Notes: a model not told the origin generated them from the sequence alone. 64,000 bases of DNA from Bilabrum cf. latius (GCA_965178125.1 OZ237737.1:1612001-1676000); one strand, 5' to 3'. Counted from the stretch's first letter, positions 35,801 to 49,556 are shown. Numbers and translations: made by a program.

Positions 35801-38270
35801 CGCTGCAATCGATGAACCTGCCAGGACTGGCCGGTATTCCATCCATGACACCTGGCTGCAGCAACACTGGGACATGTACTTCAGACCCCCCAGCGCCTGC
35901 ACATCGCACACCCCCTGCGTCGTCCAATGAGCACACAGTGGCATCAGCGACGCACAAACCAGACACGGTGGCGGTCGGAGGCACACTAACCTGATGGCCC
36001 ATTGCAGCTGCCTAGGATGTTGCAGATCCTGCGTCCTTAGACCAGCAGTAGATGGCAGACCTGTTGGTAGCCGAGGCCACGCAGCAGATTGTGGATCCGC
36101 AGTCAACTGCCGCTCCCTGCACTGGGATCGAGGGACTGGTTGGCTCAGTCGGCACGTTGCTGGCCATTCCAAGAGCGCTCGATGACGTCCCAAAGCATGT
36201 GATATTCTAAGACCCTGCATCGAGATCGAGTGACGGCAAATAGGGCTGCTCACTGGCAGCCACCGCGGCCGCTACGTTCCCTTGCTCCACCACGACGGCG
36301 CACGCCACGCCGCCTGCTGCCACCGCGACTGGCCTCATGGGCCCGCGACCACTTGGCATTGCCAATGCAGGCGATAGCAAGGCCGGGTGAATCTTGACGT
36401 CACTGGTTGGGATGGGACTGCACTCTAGCTTGAAGCCGGCTGCAGCATTGAGCACGTGACACTGGCTGTCGCTGCCAGTGACCAGAGCGACCACCCCAGT
36501 TGGAGTGTAGCTGGATGGTGGGGTATTAAGGGCATTTGTGGGAGATATTGCCTCTAGCCACGAGCTGTTGGGGCGAATTGATGCCTGGAGCGCGGCTATG
36601 ATGAGGCTACCAGAAGGTGCGGCCGCAACGGCTAGCTCCGGAGCGACGTCAAGGTGCAAGTCGGAAGCAGTAGAGTCGGATGCCACGACGCGGACAGGAA
36701 AGTGGACGCCGGTCCCGGTTATCAGAATGGACCGAGAGCCAGAGTTGCTGCCCCAGCATGCAACGGAGGACCTGCTTGTAGTAACGCAGGTAGCTAAATC
36801 ACCCGTCGTGATCTGCGAGAGGAGATGACACTTGGTGGGACCGGTTGCATCATGGCCCTACGAAAGATACTATGAGTCGCCGAGATACCTGGCACGCCCA
36901 TGCAGCTCACTTGTGTGAAGTCACCAGCAATGGCAGCTGGTGCTTGGTAGAGGCTCGCTGCGTCCCAGCAAGCGATGCTGCCAGACCGCTTCAAAGCACA
37001 TGCGTGATTGGGGCCACGCGTAACCTGCAGCAAGTGGGGAGTTTGTAATCTCATTTGGTCGCTATCACATGTGAAAATGCCCCACAGGCTCATCCGTGCG
37101 TAGGTCCTACTCACTTGCACAAAGTCTGCCCCAATGGTGACCGGATCCTCGCCGTCCCTCCTACAGAGCACCGTTCCACTTTTGGAAACGGCGCAAACAT
37201 GGATTCCATGCTGGAATTCCTGATACATCGCGACCTATACGTAGTTGCCAGGAGCCCTGAAACTATATCTTCCTTCAAACCGGCGGCATGCGACTCCTCT
37301 GTCATCGTCATGAACACCACATGCTGCTTTCCACCCTCCAGAAGCCACCTGCAGGAGTCGTGGGGGTGCATCTAGCGGAGATGTGCACCCGGATTCTGAT
37401 CAATAGTATTATTGAGGTGCTGTTATACAGCCATGTAAAGCATTTCTTACATCCACATAGGTCCCCGCCTCCCATTCCCCGTTATGAGAGCAGATGATCC
37501 TACCCGCTTGCGTAAGACCGCAGTCATTATTGTTCCCACCTACCACCTGCGATAGAGAAGCGACTCAAATTATAGCGCGACCCCTAGCGATCTCGTGTTG
37601 TACTGAGTCTAGTGGGAAGGCAATACCAAAAAGCACGCATTGTTGTGTTGTTGCACAATCATGATGGTCCTCACTTTCGTATACGCAAGGTCGCCACTTA
37701 GGCCTAGTAGTCCACTGCATGCAGCGCTGCCATCCTTGCGCAACCTGCATCCGGTGCCCACCTGCGAAGCACGACGTCTTTGCCTGACTTGGTTCGGCTT
37801 GGAGGAAGTAGTAGGCGAAACCTGCTGTCAGTAGTATTGATTGCACTGCTTGTACTAGTAGCAAAATACTCACTTGGACGTAGTCGCCGGGGTAGTGCCT
37901 CGGCGTGCCACCCCAACAACGCACGTCACCTCCACGCTCGATAAGGCATGTCTACTAGGTTCTGGCTGAAATCTGTGGGTAGTGAGTTGGTGAATAAGCT
38001 TATCTTCAAGTTCGACTCCATGGCACCAATCCTTCATGCTAGGATTTTATCACCCTACTAGTAGTAGGGGATACTCACAGTGGTCTAGCCGAACGCGCAG
38101 GCAACGAGAAGGACACTGCAACCAAGGGCGCACCATGCACAATAATTACGGCAAGAATGGGCCTGCCTATGATATCGCAGCGATGTTTGGCTGCATGTCG
38201 TCTCCGTTCCACCTGACAAATGCTGCAAAGCTACGCCTCGCACGCTTGCTCTCGGCCCCATGCTGCTCAT
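20808..38270 (-). CDS. Giant (~5,600 aa) secreted/multi-pass membrane protein: N-terminal hydrophobic leader, RCC1/BLIP-II-like Cys-containing blades, GGA-rich beta-helix (pectin-lyase/Pmp-like) repeats, Cys-rich (CxxC) juxtamembrane region, ~7 C-terminal TM helices; exons 38270-38079, 37972-37874, 37761-37675, 37546-37451, 37348-37115, 37024-36911, 36812-20808
   Basis: Twenty minus-strand ORFs between 20883 and 36686 share one frame and all end in TAG. I read the gaps by hand and found only further TAGs, no TAA/TGA, until TGA 20808-20810. Motifs: HACALKRSGSIACW, GGAIAL/GGCIAA/GGALY repeats, CAEGHTGPLCAVC, YGFLYKGY...WWEAIGMVRK, PFKEKAFNRIE. Start ATG 38270 or 38261 is uncertain. Confidence 0.85.
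26080..27900 (-). repeat. Diverged intragenic tandem duplication, period ~909 nt (~303 aa)
   Basis: Near-identical blocks: ~26100-26225 vs ~27010-27135 (LARIRFPFVGI...GASCTWGGRYDVMRAPAGSRPLLR) and ~26510-26680 vs ~27420-27590 (PSWPxALPSTSSxxAGVQPLHPPxEVVLEV...CTLQVEAW). Confidence 0.9.
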
Positions 38271-38832
38271 TTCAGCCACTCAAGCTGCGCAAAAACCTGA
38301 TAGATACTCTGATAGGTATTTATTGTGATCAAGAGTAGTGCCCGCTGCCCCCAGTACTAGATGCACGCAAGGAAGACGGACTCACTTCCAGCTTCCACAA
38401 CTGCCACTGACTTGGCAATTTACTATCAGCAGGTAGTTCAAGTTGCTTTCCAACTCCTGTTCTTGATAGGAGTGGCTGGGACTATCTCAGACAGGTGCGC
38501 TTTTTACTCGCGTAAGTTTGAGTCAAACAAATTGCAACCGACGTCACGCCGGCGGGTGAAAGTTCCAACCGGTTGATGAATTTTTCACCCATACTCGCCG
38601 TAAGCAAGGGGGCTTCCAGCAGTGCTACAGGGGTTTCCAGGGCAGCAAAATCCTACTGCTATACTTTTAGGGAAAACACCTTCACTCAGTATGAGACACA
38701 CTAGAGCCCGATCATATATCAGACACTTAGTAGGCTACCCCAAAAGTCTTCAGGTTGTACTCGCTGCCGCCGTCCACCTGAGTGAAATTGACTGGACCGT
38801 AACGTGTTGGACTCAAGTATGTTCAGTAATAG

Positions 38833-41346
38833 TCAAACTTCCCCACCAATGCCGCTTTCCTTGCCAGCCACTGCAGCGCGAGGCCGAATGGGAGACGCCA
38901 GAAGAGGCAACAGACCCGAAGCTCGCTTGTTGGTTCGAGTCTTGAAGCGCACCCGAAGTGGAGAACCCTGCACAGCGGGGCGTTTTGCGGATGGACGGCG
39001 GCTAGTTCCTCTCTGGTCGAAAGCGCCGATTGGTCGAAAGGAGAGCTAAGGGGGCTCAGCCGCGGGACGAAGCAAGCCATCGGGCGATTGTTCATCCCGC
39101 CTCATCTGCGCCAGTATCCCCATGGAGGCAGGCGACCCGCTCGCACGACGGCTGGTTGGGCTGCGCATGTTGGCTGACCTTGCGTACCCGAGGGCCTCGG
39201 GGCGCTCCCTGACGTCCCAGCGCTTGCCATCAATTGGGCCAGGAATCCGCCCCACTGCCCTGCCAAGATCCACCGCAGTTTGGCTCAAGGCAGCATCTGT
39301 GCTCACAGGCGACAGGTGGCCCTGTGCCTGGGCGAGGCTCCATGCATTCTATCCCGGGCGCAGAAATGAATCGGCTCCGGGCATCTGCGGAGACAGCGAC
39401 ATGGATACGCTGCGCCGTAAGCCCCGACGCGGACTCGTGCTCGGGCTCGGACTCCTGCGCGCCAGTTGCGCCGATAGCTGCTTGTTGTAGGCACGCAGCG
39501 CCGCCAGCTCGCTCTGCATCTCGCCGCTCTCCTGCTCCCTGCGTGCAAGCCTCTCCCTCGCGATGCGGAGCTGCGTCCTGAGTGCCATAGAGCCCTGCCT
39601 CACGCGGGTGATCTAGCTCGCGTACGCACCGTCGAGCAGCACCAGATTCACGCCCTTTGAAGGGACAGGGGACCCGTGGAGGGGCCCAAGCTTGCTGTCG
39701 TCCGCAAGTCCCGGGCCATCAGACCCTCCATCTGCGCCATGCGGCTGCTCGATCGTGCCAATTCCTTGCGCAAGATCTACGCGCCCGCGCTTGGCACCAC
39801 TGTGCGAGGCCACCGCCTCGCCACCCTTGGGCTCCCTCCGGTCCCCGACATGGTCGAGCATGGTGGTTCCGTGCTGGCCGTGGCCGTGGCCCTGCGATAT
39901 GGCAGTGCGCCGAGCCTTCCTGGCGGCTCGCATGCTGTGCGCCAGCGTGACTCGCACCTTGGCAGCCGCGTGTCGAGCAGCTGCTCGGACGGCGTGCTCA
40001 TCAGGGCGGGTCACCAGCATGGGCTTGCCTGGCAGTGGCGTCGTCTGCAATCCATGCCCGGTTGTCGGCTTGGCTGAGGGTGGCCTACGCTCTGCTTTTG
40101 GCCGTTTCTATGGATGATTATGATGCGTAGAAGCAATAGATAGTGATTCTACCGCTTTTTTACCCTGATCGTGGCCTTTGCTGTCCGCTGGTTTCGCAAG
40201 CTCTACTGCCGGTTCGTCTGGCACGGTGAGGCGTTGCACAGCTGGCATCTTCTTCATCTTCTCTGTTGTGGCGGCGTGGTCGTTGTCTACAGCCTCTCCG
40301 TCTCCGAATCCATATCCCACCTGCTGCACATACCGCAAGCCCCCAGCGTCCTCGCCTATCCGCTCTAGAGCCCGCATGATCTTGTCGTACCTGTTGGCAG
40401 ACTGCTCCGGCCGAGATCGCTCCAGCTGCACTTTTGCGTCCTGCAGTACCTAAGACGCCCCGACAAATCTGTGAAGCCTCTCCTCTGCAGACGCGAGTCT
40501 TGCCTGAAGCTGGTGTGACACTCCCCTGTGCCTGTCGCGCTCCTTGTGGGCCTGCTGCAGCTGTGACCGCAGGCGCCCGGCCTACTTTCGGTGGCGGCTC
40601 GCCTCGAGCTCCTTACCGTGAATTTTCTAGTAAGGGTAGTTCCGCTTCATGAACGCAAGGGCTGCTCTGCTTTCTGCCAGGGCTTTGTTTGTCCTGTCGA
40701 ACTAAGAACGAAGCGTCTGAAGCTGGCGGGCCTTCCGTGTAGCGTCGCGCTCATTTCCACTTGCCTTTGCTTTCAAGGCACGCTTTTGCTGTTCTGATGC
40801 GCCCACAAACGCCAAAATGTCTAACGCTTTAGCATCTAGCAGCCGCTCTAGAGTCTGCACTCTCTCCTCCACCGGCTTCCGAGATGCGTTTGCGATGGCC
40901 GCTGGTGTTGAGGAAAGGTAGTCATCTAGGTACTTGTCCGGGTCGCTGGCAATTCTGTCCGCATCGAGTTGGACTTTTCTAGGAATGGTTACAGGCAGCC
41001 TACTCTTGGATGGCACAGAGCTCCGCCGAGGCCGACGCGGGCGCGTTTGGCTTGGCTTGTGCGTCGCCGCGTTGCTCCTCTCGAGGGTTGCACGCACGAC
41101 GTGGCGCATGACACTGTTGCCGACACGAACGTTAGATTCCTTGATCGCCTGCATCCTTAGGTGGGCAGCCAGCATGGCTCTTTCGTGCTCGGCCTCCATT
41201 TGTCGCTTGGCCTCTTCGATCCGCTTCGCTGCATACTCGAATGCTTTTTTTCGTTGTGCCTCAATAAATTCTGGAACAAGGTCATTTGTGCCCCACTCTC
41301 GTTTGATTTCAGACTGCTACTCTTTTGCGGGATCGGCCTCATCCAT
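38833..41346 (-). CDS. Hypothetical coiled-coil protein (~837 aa)
   Basis: ATG 41346 (MDEADPAKE*QSEIKREWG...). Five same-frame ORFs are linked by nine TAGs (41317, 40702, 40627, 40582, 40450, 40108, 39613, 39349, 39046); first TGA at 38833-38835. Confidence 0.75.
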
Positions 41347-41506
41347 TGCAAAATTGGCGGGAGGGGAGCGCTGTTTCGAGCTCCCTGGTCCATTCCGAGT
41401 CAACACAAAAGTTTTGAAATCATCGTGCATTTTGTTGTTTATTGCGTCGTTGATGTTATATGCCATGCTGGCACCATCCTGGACAACACAAGCAAGCCGC
41501 TCTTAC

Positions 41507-44500
41507 TCACTGCAGGTACAGCGAAGCGCAGAAGATTACGCCCCTGCGCACCGCCGCAGACGCAGCGTCCATCTTCCGGAAGAGCACCGGGTCACCGACC
41601 ACCCGTGCAATCGAGCGCACCTCTCTGCAGCACTCATCTACGCGGGTCATGACTCGCACGATGCTACCCTCCTGCACCTCGGTGATCCTCGTCAGCGCCA
41701 TGAAGGGCGCCCCAGCGGCCCACTCGTGCACCACCTCGGCCAGCTCCGGGTTGAGCGTAGACTCCACGAACTCGCTGGGAGCCAGGCCCTTCTGCAGCCC
41801 GCAGTCCTCCTGGACGGTTGCAACCGCATGCGCGATCTCCTGCACCTTGCTCACGGCCAGCTCGAGGGCCTTGGTCAGCCTCGGCTCGCCCCTCCTTTTC
41901 TCCTGGCACACGAACAGGGAACACACGGCCGCGCACTCGGCAGGGGTCAGCGGCCCGAACACGCCCGCCAGCACGGCCTCGGGCAGCGTCAGCTCCTCCG
42001 AGGTGCTCACCTCGCAGGCCACCCGCCCCTTGAGTGTCACTACGTGCCGCGACAGGACCCCCGGCAGAGCCCCGCCGCCGTCTCCACCCTCGCCGTCCTC
42101 TGCGGCTCCGGATCCGCTCCCATCCGCAGCCACGTAGCCCAGTCTCCGCAGCACGCTGAACCTGGCCAGGCAGTCCTCGAACTGCGTCAGTCCCTCGGCA
42201 CCCACGCGCGAGGACAGCTCGGCCAGCTGGGTCTGCAGGCGCCGGATCCGAAGGGTCTGCTGCCAGCGGGCGGGCAGGCCTGGGCAGCTGTGGCAGCCGT
42301 GCCGCTGGGCCCTTGCGTCCAGCTCACGGGCCTGCCTGTGGACCGCGTGCAGCTCCACCGCAGAGGCCGCCCGCTGCAGCCCCAGTGCCTCCGTGGTGGG
42401 GTCAAGGGGCTCCAGCGGGGGCAGGTCTCGCTCCAGGGCACCCTCCTCGCCCTCGACCAGCTGGGAGACGCAGGAGGCCACGCACTCCTGGAGAGCATCC
42501 TGAATCAACTCGGCCACCGTGGTCGGTGAGGGTCCTCCGGCCCCCGGCGGCGGGGCAGGGGCGGCGGTTGGCGTTGCAGCCGACGAGGCGGGTGAAGGGC
42601 TGTCCCCTCCTCCTCCTCCTGGCATGAACGCACCAAGCCCCCCTGCCGAGTCGCCGCCAATGACACCACCTCCTTTCCCTTTCTTACCCTTCTTGCCTTT
42701 CTTGTCCTTCTTGCCCTTGCCCTTGCGCTTGCCGCCAGTGTTTGCCGCCAAGGCCCCAAATAGCCCGCCCCCGTCTCCCGCACCGGCCCCTTTCTCCACT
42801 GCCATTGGTGCAAGAGGACCGCCAAGCAGTCCACCTCCCGCTGGTCTGCCCCCCGCTGGCACCTCCCTGCCGACCTCGCGGAACAGTCCTTGCCCGCCAG
42901 CCGAGCCTCCAATTGCGAGAGTGCCAGCACCAGCCCCAGTCACAGGGCCGAATCTAGATCCAGATCCAGATCCCGCTTGCTGCGACTGCAATTCCTCCAG
43001 GGCGGCCTTGCGCTTGCTCTTGCGGGCATGGGACACCTCGGGAGCCCTCCCCAGCAGCACCTCCGGGTCACACCTGGCCTTGGCCTAGGCGACCAGCAGC
43101 AGCTCGGGTGACAGCCCCGGGCCACCGTCCTCCTCGGCGCCCTCCATGCTGAGCTGCAGTCGCGCGTCTGCCCCGCCCACTGCCGACAGTGGCAGCGAGA
43201 CGCACACCACGGCGCGCCCTTCCACCACCCCGCACCACCCAGGCCGCAGGAATGGAGGGCTCACCTATGGGGACGCAGGACCAGCTTCCCCATCCTCCGC
43301 GGCATCGCCCTGACCGGCACCGCCCGCCAGCAAGTCTGCAGGTACCTGCAGTGAGGCAGGCAGCACGACCAGGACCACAGCATGTAGCTCGGCAGCTGGC
43401 GTGTCGGCTGCCCCGGGGCCCGACGTGCCTCCCGACGGGTCAGCTGCCGCTGCACCTGCCAGGGGCCCGAGCGTCAGCAGCGGACCGGCCCCTGCCCCCG
43501 AGGCGGCCTGGCCTGTCTCTCTCTGCACCCCGCCGGCACTGGCCCCTTTGTCCTCGCTTTTGAGCCCTTCAGTGGCCGTGCTGGCTCTGCACACATCGAG
43601 CACAATACCCACAGCCTGGTGTTGCGCCACGCGCCGAGAGCTGGGTCCGCGTCTCGCTGGCTTGGGAGAGGAAGACGGCCCCTCGCCAGTGGTCGGGGCC
43701 TCGGCAGCCGGCTCGCCCTCCCCGAGCAACCAGCGGGCCAGCCCACCGGCCGTGCCGCCCACGTCCCGATCTCGCCAGGCGCTGTCGCCGGCGGCGCTGG
43801 ACCAGCGCTTCCGCTGCTCGATCCAGGCCTGTAAGGGTGCGTGCAGCCCAACCAGCCGCCCCGCGCACAGCGCCTGCGAGAGGGCCTCCCTGCCAGAGCG
43901 CAGCACCAGCGCCTCGTTCACGTGCCGGTGCAGTCGCGAGGCCTCGGACACTAGGTCCCAGTACCCGCGCACGTCGCACGAGCGGGCCGCCTCCTCCACC
44001 GCCACCTCCACGTCTGGCGCGTCAGCCCCCGGCGATCCCCTGAATGATTCCTGCGCCTGCTTCCGCAGGTGCCCGCATCCAGTCCGCTGGCTCTCTGCCT
44101 CGAGCTTGCGCAGCCGCGCCCTACCCCTGGATATGACCACCCTCACGGCTGCCTCAGCCTCGGCCGCGCCCCCCACCTCGTCGGCGGTCAGGCCGCCGCC
44201 ATCGCCCCCCCGAGTGGAGGCCAGCGCCTCTGCCACCGCCCCCACCACGCCCTTCTGGGCCCCCCACTCGCCGTAGGAGCGCCGCAGCACCCCCACGACG
44301 CTGACCTCTTCGCTTCGCAGCAGAGACAGCACCATGCCGTAGGTCAGCCGGAAGCGGCTCTTGAGAGGCGCGGGCTGTCCCGCCATCATGGCCTGCAGGC
44401 GAGCCGTCTCTGGCACGGCCCGCATGCCCTTGTGATGCTCCTCGAAGCAAGCCATGATCACGGTACCCTCCGTGTCCAGCCCTCGGCGGCCCGCTCGCCC

Positions 44501-47500
44501 CGCCATCTGCGTGTACTCGCCGGGGGTGATGTCCCTCCAGCCGGTACCGTCGTGCTTGCGGATCTCGGAGAACACGACGGCCCTTGCTGGCATGTTGACG
44601 CCCATGGCGAACGTCTCCGTGGCGAAGAGCACCTTGATGAGTCCTCGGGCGAACAGTATCTCCGTGCACTCCTTTAGGACCGGCAGCAGCCCGCCGTGGT
44701 GCGTCCCGACGCCCACCGCTGCCAGCTGGCGCACCTCCTCCACCTGCGGCAAGTGCCTGTCATGTGGCTCCAGCCGACCGATGGCCCTCCGCAGGAACTG
44801 CAGCGCTTGCTGTCTCTCGGCGGGGCTTGTGAGTCCGCCCCCCTTCCCTTTCCCCTTGCCCTTCTTGTCCCCGTCACTGCCCTCGGCAGCTTTACCCTCC
44901 TCCTCCTTTTCCTCCTCCTTTTCCTCCTCCTTCTTCTCTGCATCCTTATCGTCTTCGCCCCCATCGGCTTTGGAGCGCCCCGCACCGCCCCCAAGGTTCG
45001 CACCGGCAAGGTATCCCCCCAGGCGGGCGCACTGCTTCCTCGAAAAGCAAAACACCACCACTGGGAGGTGCTTCTCCCGGCCCAGGAAACGCACCAGGGT
45101 GCGCCACTGCTGTTGCGCGGTGGGAGCTTGTGTGCCTCCACCACCGCCTCCCCCTCGTCTACTCCCCCCACGCCCTCGCCCCCCCCTGACCCCGATACCG
45201 CGAGTCAGCTTGCGCTGGTTCTCGCACACCCTCCTGGCCTCGTTGACCCTCTCAAAGTTGATGTGCCCACCCCCCGCGCCCGCGGCCCCGCCCTAGGACC
45301 GCATGATGGGCCACAGCTGCTTGTGCGCCCACAGGTGGTGCCGCAGAGGCACGGGCCGCTTGTTGGTCTGGATCACCCGCACCTTCCTCCTCTTGGTGCG
45401 GCCGATCCACTCGGCGAACTCATGCGTGTTGGGCGATGTGGCGCTGAGCATGAGCAGCCCGCAGTGGTCCGGCAGCGTGATGATGGTCTCTTCCCACACC
45501 ACTCCCCTCTCCGGGTCGCTGATGTAGTGGCACTCGTCCATGATGCACCACTCCACGTCGCGGACCAGGTCAGCACCGCGGTACAGCATCGACCGCAGGA
45601 TCTCAGTCGTGCACACCAGCAAGGGGGCGTCCCCGTCGATGCACACGTCCCCCGTCATGATGCCAACGTTTCCTCGGCCGAACTTGCGCCTGAAGTCCCT
45701 GAACTTCTGGTTGCTGATGGCCTTGATGGGCGCCGTGTACACGCACCGCGTGCCGTGCCGGATGCACAGAGCAGCGGCGTACTCGGCGCACACGGTCTTG
45801 CCCGCGCTGGTGTGCGCAGCCACGAACGCGCTCTCGCCCTCTTCCACGCACCGCACCGCCCGCTTCTGGAACCCGTCCAGCTCGAACGGAAACTCGAGCG
45901 CGGGGCGCCACCCTTCTGCCCTCCTCGCGCGGAACCAGGCCTCCACCTGCCGGTCGTCCCCCTCCCCCCCACCCCTCGCGGCGGCAGCGGCGGCCAGCTC
46001 CCTCTCTTGCCTGCGGATGCGCGCCACCTCCTCCTGCTCAAGCCGAGACGCGTCTCCACCTGAACCGGAACCGGGAGCAGCCAGCCGCACCGCCCCGCCG
46101 TCCTGCATGTCCCGCAGGCGATCCAGTTCCCCCAGCAGCGCCCCAACGTCGTCCTCGGCCGACGCCCCACCTCCCTCTCCCACCCCCCAGGACCCATCCC
46201 CGGCCTCCCCCTCCTCCCCCCTCGAAGCCTGCCGCACAGCGGTGATCACGGCACGCGTCTCCTCCGTGGCCTCCAGCGGGACCTGGTGCTTCAGGTCCTC
46301 CAAGTCGCGGTCCAGCCGAAGCGTCTCGCTGCCACCAATCGACGTCGAGTCTCCAACGCTCCTAGAAGGCAGGCCCGCCCGCCTGGCCCGACGCACGGCG
46401 GACCTCGCCCGGTCCTCGGGTCGGGCCACCAGGCCGCGCCACAAGTCGGCGTCGGCCGCGGCTGCACCCCCGTGCGATGCACCCACAGCACCTCTAGGCA
46501 CGCGCCCCGCCGCTCCGATCCCCGCGGCCAGCGCCTCCCCATCGTGCCTGGCTGCGATGCCCCTGACCCACCGCTCGAATGGGGAGGGCGGCTGCGGCGG
46601 CTGCTGCCGCTGCTAGGCACCCGTGGCAGAGGCCCCCTGCTGCGTCCATCGCCCCTCCGCGTCTGCGACCCCGCCCGCCTCGCTCACCGCGCTGCTCCAC
46701 GCGCTGGAGCTGGCTGCGTCGTCCTCCGCCTCGCCCGCCGCACCGCGCTGCAGCCCAGCTCCCACCTGCGCTGCCACGTCTGCCATGCCAGTGCCGGGCC
46801 CAGCCTGCTCCAGGAGCACCCCCACAGCCCCCAACATGGGGTCAACCAGACCACTCCCTGGACTGGCAGGGGGTGTGCCCGTCTCACCAGTGGCCGGCTG
46901 GATCGCAGTGGCACCGGGCCCCAGCGCACCCACGGTGAGGGCCTCGAGCACGGGGCGGGGCAGGGCCAGGCCTCCCAGGGACAGGCCGGCCCTGCCGCGA
47001 GGGTGCATCGCACGGCTGTGCACGGCTCGCAGCAGGGCCGTGACTGCCATGGCCTCGGGGCTGGGGGCCCTCGCTAGCAGGCTAGCGGCACCACCGTCAT
47101 CGCTGCCGTCCCCACCACTGCCGCTGCCACTGCCTCTGCCACTGCCACTGCCACTGCTGCTGCTGCTCCCTTCCTGCCCATGCAACACCACGGGCCACAC
47201 GCCTCGCGCGACTGACGGTGGCAGGCTGCCGCTCCCGGCCCCTCGCGCGACCAGAGCCACGCCCAGTCCGCCCTGCACCCCTGCTCCACTGCCTACCGTA
47301 CCGCCATCATCGTCATCTTCTCCCACACTCGGCTCCGAGTCGCTCGAGGCAGCCGCCAGCCGAGACCGGCCGCCCGCGAGCCACGCCCACTCAGACCCCG
47401 CGCCACTCGTCACACCCGTGCCATCCCCTAGGATTGAACTGCGCGGCGCCAGCGAGAGGGTGCCTCCGCCTTCGCCGCCGCCGCCCGCCCCAGACACACC

Positions 47501-47830
47501 CACCCCGCCGCCACCCGCGCCGCCGCTGCGCCCCGTGCCCCCCACGACCGGTGCCGCCCGTCCGGCCGGCGTCACCGAGGCAAGCGCTCCAGAGACCGGG
47601 CGGCGGAGAGCACTCACCTGATTCACCATGTTGATGAGCTCATCGGAGCAAAGTGGCAGCAGCGGCTAGCACGGAGCATCCAGACCAACCGGCGGCGGCG
47701 GGAGCGGCCGCACCGGGAGACCTTGCGGGCCTGGTCCGGCCATCGGCGTCTACCTTGACCCGGCTTCTGTAGAAGTTTTTAATTTGCGCATGCTTGCAGC
47801 GTCTGATTCGAACTGCAGAGCGGGATTCAT
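41507..47830 (-). CDS. SKI2: Ski2-like DExH RNA helicase (SKI complex), ~2,100 aa with long low-complexity insertions
   Basis: Motifs [98 protein letters not shown], and the C-terminal DSHCT domain (EGSIVR...[12 protein letters not shown]). TAGs at 47750, 47666, 46613, 45293, 43265, 43085; stop TGA. Start may be 47830 or a later ATG. Confidence 0.93.
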
Positions 47831-48500
47831 AGGCGTGGCAACATTGGTAGATCTATTAAACCCAGCGAGCTGAGACTGTCCCGCAACAAATTCCCCCAAT
47901 CATCTCACAGATAAAGACGAAGGAACGGTAAAATTATCGTAGGGCGATCCTAATGCGAATCTTGGCGTGATTTCGCTGATGCAGGACGCTAGAAGTCCGG
48001 GATCGCCAGGCAACTACTCAACCACGGGCCATGATGCCACAGGTGCCGACGACGATACCTTCTCGTTCGGGACACAGTTGAACAGCACCGAAAGGGCTGT
48101 CGGACTCGTACAGGGGGCAAGCTCCGCCATTGTACAAGACCTAAGTGCGCGTTGCGACCATCCGTGTTGGTTCAATTAGGTTGCGACCGCCGAGACTCCC
48201 AATTCGGAGCCGTAAAATGCCGCGCCAAATGTCCGTTCTGGCATCCAAGCATCGCAGCCGGTTGAGTGAGTCGACAGGATTGCCCGAGTCCAGAACCAGC
48301 CAATAGTATCTACGATTGCATAGCTCTCGTCGCATGAAAGCCTGAAGTCGTCGGTCTAGATGCAAGCCACTCTTGGTTTGGGTTCTTGTGTTGCCCTTGC
48401 TATCCATTGCAAAAATATGTTTGATTTGCCGCCCTACTCTTTCGCAGCCCACCAGCGTATCATGTATCGCTCCCATACACAATGCGATAGGGCAATCTCC

Positions 48501-49382
48501 ATGACGGGAGAAAAGACACCGTATCTGATGAGGAAGAAGATTCCCGAGTACGACAAGGACAACCCGCCAGTCCCCGACTACGAGCCGGCAATCCCCAAAA
48601 AGCCCATCAAGTACAAGGATCCTGAAGTCAAGAAGATGCTCGACTCGCGACCGAAGCCAATGCATATCGGTGTGATCCCGAAGCCCTACGGCCGCCAGTC
48701 CAGCATCCCCGGAGCCGAGGTCATCTTCCTGACCGACGCGAAACACAAGGAGGTTTACTAGGACAGGACGACGTATAACCAGAAGCAGTTCCTGCCGAAG
48801 CACCGCAGGGACGAGGAAGAGCCGCGCCGCCCCATTGCGTTCGGCTCCCGTGGCCCGGACGACCGCGACAGGTTCACTAGGCACATTGAGACGGAGCGCT
48901 ACCGCGAGTCCATGCGGAGGGAGCTCAAGGCCACGGACAAGGCCTTCGAGGAGCGAGTGAAGCAGGTCCTCGCCGAGGACGAGGGCGCCGCTGGGGCAGC
49001 AGGCGGGCCTCCCAGTGCCACCACCGCGACGATGGGCCGCCGCCGCAAGGGCAAGGCGCGGGGCCCCCCTCACTTGATCGAGGAGCAGGAGAGGCAGGCG
49101 GAAGCAGAGGGCAAGTTTGGGGCCAAGGGGGTGGGCATGCGGGCGTGGACCACTGGGGACGTGGCGGCGCATGCGGCTCGTCGGGCCGGGGTGAAGGAGG
49201 GGAGGAGGGACCCGGCCGGCAGGCGGGTGGGGCCATACGACCTCGCTTCCACCGAGGTGGGGGCCATGGCTGTGGGGCTGCGGCCCAAGGTGCCCGAGCA
49301 CCGCGTGACTGCGGCCACGAGGCACTTCGAGGACGCGGGGCACTTGTTCGGGGGCGAGCACACGATGGTGGGCGTGGACTGA
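48501..49382 (+). CDS. Hypothetical protein (~293 aa), possibly flagellum-associated
   Basis: ORFs 48360..48761 and 48912..49382 are in frame, joined through TAG 48759 (KEVY*DRTTY...AFGSRGPDDRDRFTRHIETERYRESMRRE). Strong GC3 bias from 48501; stop TGA. Start uncertain. Confidence 0.7.
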
Positions 49383-49556
49383 TCCTGTTTTGACCAAAAT
49401 GGGAGGATGGATGGATGGGCCCGAGTTGTGCTGGGTTGCAATGGACAGCTAGCGGAGCCGGGTCATGAACGGATGCATGCGAACAAACTACATTCCTATT
49501 ACCACTCTCTCCCACCCTCTCCCTCTCCCTCTCCCCACGGTTTGTCCAGGTCCTGC

